Of a DNA stretch of 64,000 nt, positions 1-15,199 are shown in pieces. The stretch lies in the NCBI RefSeq assembly GCF_009914755.1, contig NC_060932.1. The stretch is one strand, 5' to 3'. Made by a program: the position numbers and the translations under genes. The stretch is from the human T2T-CHM13v2.0 reference genome, Homo sapiens. Within the stretch, counting starts at the first letter, position 1, and the number at the start of each line of letters is the position of its first letter. The notes under the pieces are model-generated. The model was not told the origin of the DNA, made no database searches, and was given only the letters and a program-made list of their open reading frames with translations.

Positions 1-629
1 GGGGTTCCAGTAACAGCTCCCTCCGTGTGCCCCTTGGGCCTGGAGTGGAAGCAGCAGCATGAGGCTTCACCCCTCCTTGCTGGTGTCCCTCAGCCCTGCC
101 CGACCCTCGGTCCAGTCCTTCCACTGCCTCCTCTCTCTCTCTCCTTGCAGGTGCCACTTGCCGCCTGGTAACACGAGGACCTGACTGACACAGCAACTAA
201 CATCGCTCCACAACACACACAGGCATACACAGTCTTCATGGGTCACTGAAGGTGTCAGCGACAAAAACCACACCCTATCAACGCTGATGAAGGGCTGGCT
301 CTAAGAAGTTCTCCATCAGCTTGTTAACAAATCAAGACTAGAACCATCAGCCTTGAAGCTGGCTCTAAACTGCAGGACAGATGAGTGCGCAGATGCCTGA
401 CTCTGGGACACTCAGGCAAGGGGCCTACATACCCCCTAGGGCCCAGATTACAGGTCAGTCATCGGAAATGGGGATTGGACACCCACATGCATGGTGACTC
501 GAGGACAGCACCATCCTCCCCCACCCCCCTACTGAGGCTGGATGCGTGGGCCTACGTAATGCACGCCAGCAGTTCACTGTGACTACAGCCACCTGCTTCC
601 TCAAGCCCACAAAGTGAAAAAGAAAATGC

Positions 630-1017
<388 letters not shown>

Positions 1018-1094
1018 TTAGCTTAGAGTGTTGGGACAAGGGGGAAGGCATGCTCGGAAATGCATTTTCTGTGTACAAAACTTCTCTGCAATCA

Positions 1095-1440
<346 letters not shown>

Positions 1441-1571
1441 CTACAGAAGAAAAAGTGAGAAAAAATGGTTTGAACAAGGGTTGAGACATCTGGTTTGGGG
1501 ATTCAGGCCAGCTGGGAGCAAAAAGAAGACCCTTGGGCACACCACGCTGCAGACCAGGAGGACCTGAGTCC

Positions 1572-1622
1572 GTGGCCCAGGATCTCTGTGGACCAGGGTC
1601 TCCGTGGACCAGGGTCTCTGTG
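1572..1622. repeat. 16-bp tandem repeat x3 (GTGGACCAGGGTCTCY)
   Basis: Units at 1572, 1588 and 1604. Confidence 0.85.
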
Positions 1623-3455
1623 TACTGTTAGCATAGCACTCCCCCAGGGCCAACCGAGGGACCCTGCCTGAGCTTCCTGGGGACAATGTGCCACCTGAGA
1701 AAACCCACAGCGACTGGTCAGGGTGGCTGGACAGAAGCAGGTCTCAGTCAACGCCTGCTGTGAATGAACAAGCCGCATTGGGAGGGACCAGTGCGTGCAG
1801 AGGGAACGTGCACCGGGGCCAGCCCCTGCCTAGAAGCAGAGCAGGAGGTCAGCAGAGGCAGCCCTGACCCCAGCCCCCGCCTCACCAACCCAATTCCAAG
1901 GTAGCACTGCAGGCAGATGGCCAGTGGGGACAAGGCTGGCCTGAGGCTTGCTGGGACACACGGTCCCTGCTGGTCCAAGGCTGGGACTGTGGAGCCCCAT
2001 GAGGCCTCCCCAGAGCGGTCCCCTCACAGCCAGTTCCCTGTGAGCAGTGGAACTGCACCAGCACTCCTGTGGCAGGAACGGCTGTGAGCTCAACGTGGCA
2101 ACCCACGTCCCGGGGAACCCATGCATGCTAAATGGGGGCCACCAGCCAGCATGGCAGGAGAAACACACATGTGAAGACAGAGGGCAGCACAAGAGAGGGG
2201 AGCGGCGGTGCTGAGCCCCAGGCCCAGTTGGTGCGGGACCCCTGGGAGGGAGGCACCCTGGGAGGGAATCAGCTCCTAAGTCACCACTTGCAGAGCCCAC
2301 CAAGGGCCAATGCCAAACCTAGGCCTCATCTAACCCTCTGGGGGCTCCCAGGGCACTCCCAAGTGGCAGCCTCAGCTCGAAGGTGAGGAAAGTGAGTCAG
2401 GAACTGGCAGGTAATGGAGCATTCACACCCGGCAGAGTGGGGGCAGCAGGTTCCCCAGGTTCTCCGGGGACAGTCCTCCCACTGGACTTCAGGAGAGAGC
2501 TGCGGGCAGGCCTGTCTGTCTTGGGTTGGCAGAGGGGTGTGGACATTCCAGAGAGGGAAGTGAGAACACACACTGGACAGGAGGAAGCAGCGCTGTGTGG
2601 TCAGAGAGGAGCTGCCACAGGCTGGAGGCATGTGAGCCAGGGAAGGCAGCCCCTGTGGGTGAAGGGAAAGCAGGAGGGAAGCTGGGACCACACCTGCTTT
2701 ATGGGTGGGGCCCTGGGGCTCAGAGAAATTAGAGATCTGCCCCAGGCCCCTGAGAGAGGCACCAGGATCCAATCTCTGCAGGACCTCCCAGTCCTGGCAG
2801 GAAGAGCCCAAGGGCACCAGGCGGAACTCCCAGGGCCGCCACCTTCAAGTTAGGCTCAGTTCCTCCATGAAGATCTCTCTCTTTTTAAAATGGAGATAAC
2901 AGCGCATCACAGGGCTATTAACATTGAAAGTTTAAGTGTTATCAGGAACTACCGCACTCAGCAGGGGACAGGTATAAGGAAATCCCTTCTGCAATCACGT
3001 GAAGGCATCTAAGATGCAAAGAAGCTGGTCTGGAACACCCACTTCCACAACACAGCACCCAGGGGGACGCAGAAAACAGGGTAAACGGCTCCACAAGCAA
3101 CTCCATCTCCCTGAACTGCCCCACGGCAGCACTGACTGAGGCCCCTCGATTGACCACTCGGAACCCAACATCAGTCTGAAAGGTCTCCAGAGGCTGGAAG
3201 CACCTGGGAAGGTTACCCTGGTTGAGTGAACGTGATGAGAAAAAACAACTTCTCAAGGCTGAAGGCCTTGAGTGCCCCAGCAGCCAGCAGCCCTGCACCG
3301 CCCAGGATGGTGCGGAGCTCATCTCGTAAGGTCAGAGGCTCCCTGGCTTTGGTGCTGGAGCCCTTGCCCCTCTGGCACAAAGGGACAAGGTGTCCACAGC
3401 CCGGGGTCAGCCCGACAAGACCACCATCCAAGCCTGGCCCCTAGGAAACAGGCTT

Positions 3456-4316
<861 letters not shown>

Positions 4317-4319
4317 GTG

Positions 4320-4528
4320 GAGGGAAAGACCCTCACGCCCTTTATCATATGAAGACAGAGCAAGAAGGGGCGATGTTTGAACGAAGAAATGGGTCCTCAG
4401 GAGACACCAACCTGCCTGTGCCTTGTTCTTGGCCTTCCAGCCTCCAGAACTTGAGAAAGAAATCTTTGTTGTTGCAAAGCCACCTGGTCTACGGTACGTG
4501 TTTGAAGCAGTCTGACCACCCTAAGTTA
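4320..4528 (+). mobile_element. MaLR LTR 3' part (MLT1A-like)
   Basis: CCTTGTTCTTGGCCTTCCAGCCTCCAGAACTTGAGAAAGAAATCTTTGTTG matches the MaLR LTR 3' motif. Confidence 0.8.
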
Positions 4529-7500
4529 CTGAGTCCCCCCCAGGTTTGCCACACTGAACCAGAAACACCAGTGAGGGCCTTGGGAGGAGGGTCAGAAACT
4601 GCTTCCTCTGGTTCTTCTCTACACCATCCACTTGGTGCTTCAGGAAGCACAGGCAGCTCCCTGGCTGCCTTCCCCTCTGAGTTATTAAAGCCAAATGCAA
4701 CAGGGCTCCACCAAGAAGAGGCGGGCACCCGGTGGGCGCCGGGCACTCTGCCTGGCAATGCGGCAAGTGGATGCTGGCGGGGGAGGTAGGCCTGGGGTCC
4801 ACGCCTAAGGCCCGCTAAGCCGAAGCAGAACTGTGTGGGCAAAAATAAATCCCCAGATGGACAAGGCTCTGAGGGGATCAGGAGAAAATCCACATGGAAA
4901 TGTTTAAAATCTATTTCCCAGAACCCTATCATCACCAGGCAGAAACCACAGCCTGCATTTACAGGGCTTCCAGGCTCTCCCACAGACCCAGAAAACTTAA
5001 TCAAAAACCTATCTGAACTTTACAACCACAAACTGGCACCAGCCACGGGCCCTTATCAGCACACAGCCTGGCTGCTGCAGAGATGGCACGAACTGTCAGG
5101 AACCAACCTGGGGCTGACAGCCCGGCCAGTGGCCATGCCACACACAGCCTGCACCTGTGGACTTTCCATTTGCAGAGATCTAGGAAATGGCAAAATGCTT
5201 TCTTCTTTTTGCATAGATTTTTGAATTAGCAAAACTGCCACTGGCTAGTTCACTTGTTGAAAAAAACTGTTCCAATTTTATTTTAAATTTGATTAGCTTT
5301 AAACATTACCTCATTTCATTTCAGGAAAAGTTAGCAAGATTTTTCTCACACACAGCCACAGTATTAAAGAGAAGGACATGACACCCAAAATTGCAAAAAA
5401 AAAACAAAAAACCTTCTCCATGTGACTGTTCACCCAGCTTCTCACTCCAGCTGTGGATGGTGGGCCACAGCGCTGCCCGGGAGGCCCACCTGCTGTGGGC
5501 ACAGCCCCTGTGGCAAGCCCGACTGGCCCACCATCCCCCGTGTCCACACTCCCCAGGCTCTTTCTGCAAAGCCCTTCCCTTCATCCCACAGGCCATGTCC
5601 TTTAAAACTCAGTTCAAAGACTAGTGAGAGTCAACAGAATTGCTAACGGGTGATGAATCTGGGGATAACACGATTACACTATTTTCACTACTTTTAGGCA
5701 TGTCTCAAAACAACCACAGTAAGAAGTTTTTAAGAAGAACATTCTGTTTCTTTCAAGGACTACCTGCTCAGACGTTTTCCGCACCCAGCCATGGGTCAGA
5801 TGCCCTCCTCGGGGTTCCCAGGCCTGCCCCATCACCCTGGCCAGATGGCTGTCTTCTCAGGCACCTGCCTTGAGCCTGGCACTGAGCAGCCACCTGGGGA
5901 CCATCTCCAGAATGGAACATACCACAGCAGGCCCAGTCCCCTGCTAGCTCACAGTCTGAGCCTAGTGACAGTGCCCAACAAGAGGGCAAAATTGGGCACC
6001 AAAGGCTCAACCCAGCAAGCCAAGTCACCAACCCGAAAGAAACAAGGAAACAAATTGGAGCGGCAGCACCTCCTCCCTGACCTCCGCAGGAGCCAGGAAG
6101 CCAACCCAGAGGGCAGTGCCAGCTGGGCACAGCTGCCCATACCTGTGGCAGCCAGGAGTCCTTCCTTCCAAGCTCTTGGCCAGGGAGGAGGGGTGTGGGA
6201 ACTAGCATGCTGCGTGGGCCAACAGCAGGGCTGGCCACAGAGCCCCCTCCAGCAGCAGCTACCTGGCATGGGGAGTGACCGCAAAGGTGCCTCAAAGTCG
6301 AATCCAAGGCATGGAGGGCACTGCTGCATTTCTCCAGGCAGAAGACAAACGGCACTTTTCAGTGGGGGGTGGGGGGAGCTGATGAGCAGTGCGACCCAGT
6401 GGCCCACAACTGCACTAGGCCGGCCGTATCCGGTGGCTCCTCTCCCTCACCAGTGCCCCCACCAGGCGCTGCTCCAGAGGTCCCAGCTGGGCGCCCGGCA
6501 CGGATGCAGATGCCGCACTGTCTAGCAGCGTGAGTGCTGCTGTGACCCCTTCTCAGGCGCTTACTGAGTGCTGGAGACAGAAACCCCTCACACACCCTGG
6601 TTACCACACGGAAGCAGAAGCTCCGAGCACTGGGTGGCTTCTGGAAGGTCACAAAGCCAAGGAGGGCCCAGCCCGGACTATAAACTCTCCCTGCACCCCA
6701 CCCACAACGAGGACGCCAGGCTTCATGATGTTTCTACGGAAGGAGAAAGCGGACGGGGAGCCCCGTGCCTTTAAGAATTAAAAACACTCTCGACACCTCA
6801 ATAGTTCAGTAGTGGGCTAGACATGTTTTCAACAGCCTTGATATTCCCTTCGGCTTACCTAGGGAGACACCTGTCACACTAGAGACACCAGCTCCAGGCT
6901 GCAAGTCCATAACAAGACCACCTGAGCTGTGGGCGTCGTTCTCGCCACCAAATCAGAGCTGCCCTTCAAATGGGCACGGTTAGGGACAGCAGAGCGGCCG
7001 TGGCCGCAGCCCCGGGATCCGGCTTCATCCAGCAGAGGGTGGTGGTGCGCAGGCCCTGATGGGGGAGGACTTCCACACTCCAAGCTTTTAATGCCGTTTT
7101 ACGTAAGCAACACGAAAAAAACCACTAGCAGTTATTCTAGTACTCCTGGCTGGGAGCGGATTTGCATACTGAAGTAAAGCCTCAGGTTAGGGCAGGAATT
7201 TCTAGAACCAGCTGGACTCTGCTGTACCTGTTCTTCTTCAGCAGCCAAAACGTTTCTCAAAGTCTTTTAAGAGACTGAAACATTGATTTCAGTATTAATA
7301 CCCAAAATACCACGAAAATATAAGGATTTGCTGCTTTGGAGAAGGGACCAATGGAGGATCCCCTTTCCAGGGTGATTTAATCCGGTTCTGTGGGGGTAAT
7401 TAGGGGCTGGCCTGTCTTCCTGGTCCCGTTCTTCACTGTTTAAACCGCAGGATTCCTAGAACACGACCGTGGAACTGCTCTTCTCCTCACCCATCCCTGG

Positions 7501-8920
7501 AATGAAGGCACTGGCCCCATGATCTGACGACATCATCGCCTCCCCAAATAGCTGCATGGCCGAATTGGAAGTGACGCATTCTTAGTGGACTCCTAATGGC
7601 CAGCCCTGAGGACAGAAGACAGGTTAAAACTTCAGCCGGACCCACATTACCGATTCCACAGAGTTGGGCGAGTAGCCTGCTTTCCTCCAACAAAGCTGGG
7701 AGACACCAGAGACCCCAGGTCCGTCAAATCTCCTCTTATGTCATAAAACCATCACACAACGCAAAGTTCTACTGCTCTCAGTCCTCAGCGTGCTGTTTCT
7801 GAGTGGGATGGGAAGTGGTGGTTTTTTGGTTACTAAACTGATTTTCTTACCAAATTTCATTAGGTCTAAAGGCTAAAAATAGTAAATCTTTCTACTTTTT
7901 GAGCATCTCCAGATTTGAGCAAATTCTCAGGGATGCCAAGTGTCAACGCCCCGGACCAGCCTCATCTGGTTCTCGGGCAGAGGCCCACCTTCCCAACCCA
8001 CCCCATGGCCCTGATCCCAATGGCAACCTGATGGCCTGAGACCAGCTGCCTCGCTCCGGAACAGGCACAGCGATGCCCTGTGCAGGAAGAAGGGCGGAGC
8101 AGGGTGACCAGATTCCTGCCAGGCAAAAACCTCTAGCAAATCTAAAGTCTGGCCATGTCAGTCTTCTCTGCTTCTAACACACCTTTCTGTCAAATTAAAA
8201 TTTAACCCGAGGCACAATTCCACTGTCTTACATTTTAGCCCAACCAGATGAAAATGCCGCAGCGTGCTTACTCGTGAAATGGTTCATCTTCTGCCCTTTA
8301 ACACTGCGCATTTAGAAAACAGGCAATTAAATAGTAAAGCTTAACATGGAGCAGCACGGACCCCGTGACTCGACGAAGTGGCGTGGACCTTACCCGTGGA
8401 CCAAGTGTGCGAACACAGCACAGCAAGCGCCCCGTGCAAACACAGGAGCATCCTGAGGGGCCTCCGGTGTGGGGAACTCAGAGAGCCGCAAGGTCCCCAC
8501 AAACGCCTGCCTAAAACTGGACTGCCTGAGAAGCTGCTGTGGAGAAAGTCCCGGTGCCCAGGGAGCCCCCACCTCCAGCCTGCCTGCCCCGCCTAGACAA
8601 GAGGAAGGCACTCTTCCCAGGGAACGTTCCAGCAACAGAGATGTACCCGGTACCAGGGACAGTTCAATTATCCCTTTAATTAAGGCACCTTAAACGGGCC
8701 CCACCCCCCAGCTCTTTGAGACCTCCTTCCGGTGTATTTTGTGCATTTAGTAATTGTTTATCAAGATCAATGATATTTATGTTTCTGTGATCAATTCTGT
8801 ACTGATAATTACAATGACATAAAACATTCTTCTGGATGTTAACATAGCCTAATGATCACAGAAATGTTTTAAATTGCAATATATACTTTTGTCACAGAGA
8901 AGTATGGAGAACAGTCCATA

Positions 8921-9450
<530 letters not shown>

Positions 9451-9731
9451 GAATGAGGGATGAAAAGACTTTCAAATGGAGCAAACATACAAGTTCACAA
9501 AGAAAAAAACTGCCTTGTCAAGACTGTTAAGAACAATTTGTTCATTTTTTAAAAGGGTGACTGATGGTAGGTATCATTAGGATATTTAACATTGGATACT
9601 TTTTAAAAAGCAATACAATGGTTACTTTTAAATGCCAACATTATACTAGAAATTGCATCTTTTGCAGTTGTTTCAAATTAGGACCAAAAATTTAAACATC
9701 AACTTAAAAATGTGTCTATAGTTTTTCAAAG

Positions 9732-10104
9732 TTTTTTTTGTTTTTTAGATGGAGACAGAGGCTTGCTCTTTCGCTCAGGCTGGAGTGAAGTGGCGCAATC
9801 TTGGCTCACTGCAACCTCCACGCCACTCACCATCACCACCACCACCACCACCACCCCCATCCCCGCTGCCCTCCCTCCCCCCGACCCCACCCCTGCCCCC
9901 AGGTTCAAGCCATTCTTGTGCTTTAGCCTCCTAAGTAGCTGGGATTATAGGCGTGCACCACCACACTTGGCTAATTTTTGTATTTTTAGTAGAGATGGTT
10001 TTGCCATGTTGGCCAGGCTGGTCTCGAACTCCTGACGTCAGGTGATCCACTCACCTTGGCCTCCCAAAGAGCTAGGATTACAGGCATGAGCCACCGCGGC
10101 AGGC
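9732..10104 (-). mobile_element. AluS with an internal C-rich insertion
   Basis: Antisense Alu with extra sequence at ~9821-9895. Confidence 0.9.
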
Positions 10105-10374
10105 GTAAAGTTATTTTACAGAACACATAAGCAAAAATGTTTTCAGGCCTTTGCTTGACAGCAATGTAACTCTAAAACATTCCTAATTCATTCATCACTG
10201 ACAGTGAAAAAGCTGCCTCTACGATACTCAGGCAGTCCCCCTCGCCTCGTGTCTAACATGCTCTTAATATGCGATTTCATCTCCAGCGTGGAGATATCAA
10301 ACCCCTCCCCTCAAAAAACTTACAAAATATTCCCTTCCCATATATACCAAACCAAAAACCATGCTCTTGAATAA

Positions 10375-10911
<537 letters not shown>

Positions 10912-11617
10912 TGAGTGATTTCCTAAAATTGTGCAATAAGGGTCATATATAAAAGTATAATGACCACCACACCTGACCAGGTAAGCACTGTGTTGATCCC
11001 TCTTTATTATCTATTCTAAGGGTTTGCTATGCATTTTTCACTCAAGATTTTCCTTTCTTTGAAATAGGAAAAATTTGGTTGCCAGTCAATTCAGATGGCT
11101 CCAGGATTTCAAGGCAGAACCCCAAGAGAAACCTTGGGGCAAACTACAAAAACTCAGAGCAAGTAGCATAACAGAACCCCAGGTTGGAAGGGACTTTTCA
11201 ATGCAGCAAATTAAGCACCTCTGGGCCAGAGTTCAGGAATGCAGTTTCCTCTCACTGCCAGCAAAATCCTTCAACAGGTTTAGGAGGATGAAAGTACCGA
11301 GACCCAGGTCTGAACAATACCTCCCTCACTGGGGCCTGGGCCCAGTAGAGGTGGGAGGGTGAGATGGCCAAGCTCAATGACTTGAAAGGTTACGCAAATC
11401 CCTTCAGCTGCCTCAGGATCCCACTCTGGACTGGCTGGCACCCTTATTCCTGCACTGGGGACAAAATGCCCAGCACTATTCCCCCCCGCGGCTCCCGACA
11501 GACTCTGAGAGTGAACTTGTGTTCTGGAGCCCTCACTAGACAGAAGGTGGGCCTTGGGATGACCCTCAAAATAATGCAGCTACAGCCCAGCCCCTCTAAC
11601 TTAAGAGAAATCCCACC

Positions 11618-12042
<425 letters not shown>

Positions 12043-15000
12043 GGGGGGGAGAGAGAGAACTTCCTCTCCCTCTCACCTGAAGTCCCCAAGCTACACAGCA
12101 GCTGAGCCAAAGAGAACTCAGAGCCCTTCTCTCCATCATCAGGGTTTTGTGCTATTTCCCGCAATCTAACCAGTCGCACTCAACAAATGACCCCTACCAA
12201 GTGTCCCGTCTTCCTGGGGCAATAACACCCACGTCGTCTGAGGTGGGAACAACAGCAACCCATCCACGGCTCTCAAAGGGCCACTCTATCAGGGATATGA
12301 AACACTAAGTGGGTTATGCGGCTGCCCTCTAAGTCTGTGGATGTTTTTAATCTTCTTAAAATGCCTCCTCCAAAAGTCACTTGCCAAGGAGGCCACTTCG
12401 TAAACACTATGCTGTTTCTCCTGTCACCTCCACCCAAATGGCAAGGGGTTGAAAATGACAATATGACCTGTTAAGCTTCCCTTTCGGCAGGCCCTCTCCT
12501 GATTCAGGGTAGAGAAGATTCATTTCCACGAACATTAAAGAGGTCTCCCGGTCCTCTGAAAGTGCCTGATTTCACAAAAGCTTAGCATTTGATACTCGGG
12601 GGAAAAGGCCACTAGAAGCACATTTTGAAAGTTTCACATTTAAAAAGATCCTTGTTCATTGATTTTGGTGGGGTAATTAAGCTAATCTAAACAAGGGGAC
12701 CTTGTCTAGGAGCCGGTGGGGGAGGTGCAGCCGCTCAGGTCCTCTGCATGAAAACCCACTGCAGACGCCTGCTTTTGGGGTCCTCTCACCCCTTCCTTTC
12801 TACAAGGCTGCTCTTCGGCTGGGAGGTTTGCTCCCTCTGGTCAAATCTGTTTCCTGGCTCAGGTGGAGACAACCCTTCTGATGGTGTTTCACTAAGTGCG
12901 CCTTCGTCAGCATAATCACGCAGTGATGAAAACCTGGGGAACCTAGGAGGCCAGCGAGGAACAGTCCTCACCCATCATTAGCAGGAACGCGGCTTCCAGC
13001 ATATTCTGGCTCCACAAATTACAGACACGACTCTGCCAGGGGTGTTCCCAAGAAGGGCACTGGCAATTTGGGGTTGTCTGCCACCTACAGTGCTTGTCAG
13101 TCACCCTCACTCGGTGCCAGGCCACAAGGCTGTTGGTCACAAACCACCCCAGCCAGCCACTGGGCGTCGGGACCCTCGGGAAGAGCGGGAGAGGGCACTG
13201 GGATGCTTCACGGTCAGAACGACAATCACAGCCCGAACCCCTGCGCTGCACTCCTCTGTCCTCCCCACCTCTCTCCTGACAACACAGATACAATCCATTC
13301 ACCACCAAGCAACCTCAAGATTGGCTGAAATACCTTCCTCGGCTCCTTTCCTCCATCGGGAAAGGGGGAGCTGCCGCTGCCGCAGCCCTCTCCTTCCCTG
13401 CAGATCTGCGGGGCGGGCTGGGGCGGGATCTCAGAGCTCACGGAAAGGAGGCAGAATCCGGTTTACAGGCTTGCTCCGCCCCTCCCCCACCCCCCTCCAA
13501 TAAGCAAAGTTAGAGGGTGTTACAAGCTGCAAGACACACACCTTGGAGCTCACCCAGTCCAATCTCTGATCTGCTTTCACGATGCGACAAGGGCCAAAGC
13601 TGCAGCACGCATCTCGGCAGGGCAGCAGGCCACTCCCCCCACGAGGCCCGGGAGGTGGCCCTGGGCAGCCTCCCCCCTCCCCGCCCTGTGAACACCTGGG
13701 CCAAAAAAACACACCTTTAAATACCCAGTGTGTATTTCAAACACATTTCAAACGATTTGCTTCTTTCCTTTACAGCCACTGCCACAAAAACAATTAGCCT
13801 GAACGGGTGTGAAATCCTTGATGTGTAAGACGACCTAGTTCCCCAGCCTCTCTCTAGAAACACATGAGTTCTTTACTGCGCCTGAGTCTCCTCCACCCGG
13901 AACCTGCAGGGCTGCCTCTTCTCATCCTCAAGTGGCTTCTGCAAAACCTCTCCCAAGCATTTAAATAATCTCTGCTCGTTCTTTTAACAATAATTCAAAC
14001 CTAGCAGAAAAGTGAGGACACTATACATTTCTTTTAAGGACAGTGTGTGTTATCTGCTCTGATCCCCATGTGTTACACTCCCTAACCTGTACACCAATAC
14101 TCCAGCTTTTTGTTTTCTTATTTTTTCCTAAAGCCAGCACAAAATAACAGAAGGATAAGATTCCTACCACATTCTACCTGTCTGCCAATGACACAGGAAG
14201 GATGAGACCGTCTGGGGAATGGAAGCGCAGGGCGCTCTCAGTAATGCTGGGCAGATGCAGTGGCTTTTCCCCAGCAGAAATGGGCTTCGATTCAGAATCT
14301 ACCAGCCCACAAGAATCATCTGACCCCACAACAATTAGTTCAATCACTCATCTGGTAAACCCTCCTCGCTCCGGGTCATAGACTGGAAAAGACAGCCCCC
14401 AAAACAGTAATAAAAACGACAAGCCCTGTTTTGCTGGAGTCAGCTGAGGTATCAGATGGGGGTCAGTGGCTAGGTCTGTGAACCTGAAGCCACACTCCAT
14501 CAGTGACCCGCACTGGAGAGACACAAACACCTCAGGCTCCTTAGGAGGTCAAGCGGCCCTTCCCAGCCCTCCCTAGCCCCCGCCTTCTAGAATCATTCTG
14601 AATAGCTAACCAGGAGGCTGGGCCCCGTGTGGATCCGCCTCCGCTGGAAAAGCCGCTGCTGGAAGTGCTCCAATCCAGAGCAGGATACCTGGGGGAGGAA
14701 CGGGTTAAGCGCAAAGGGGAAAGGGGCAGCGGGTGCCGAGACGCAGAAGGTGCGGGGACTTCTACAGAGCAGGGAATCTGGGCCCGGATGAACTGATGCC
14801 CTGGCCTCTTTCCTCCAGGGACAAGGTCGGTCTCAGGAAATCAAGGTATCTTCAAAGGGACACAAGGGAGCGCAGTGCCGATGAGACCGGGGCAGAGCCA
14901 CAGTCTGGCGGTGCAGGCTGGGGGTCCGAGGTGGGGGACACTGGCTAGCAGTGCTGCCAGGGTCGTGTGTGCACTGGGCAGAGGGAAAGGAGGGGAAGAA

Positions 15001-15199
15001 GGGAAGGGGAAGAAGGGGAAGAAGGGAGTGTGTTCGGTTGGGAGGACCGGTCCAGACAGAGGGGAGAGGGGGCCACTTCGCGAGTGGTGTATCGCTGGTT
15101 GAATTCTCATAAGTTAGAGATAGCAGGCAGGGGTTAGAAGGACAAGACAGGGTCAGGACCAGGAGTTAGAGGCGCCAGGCTCCTCTCTGGGTAGAGAAA

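Noticed and set aside
12674-12693. TAATCTAAACA shared with 60105-60115
   Set aside because: Many 11-mer matches are expected by chance within 64 kb, so the recurrence alone is not evidence.
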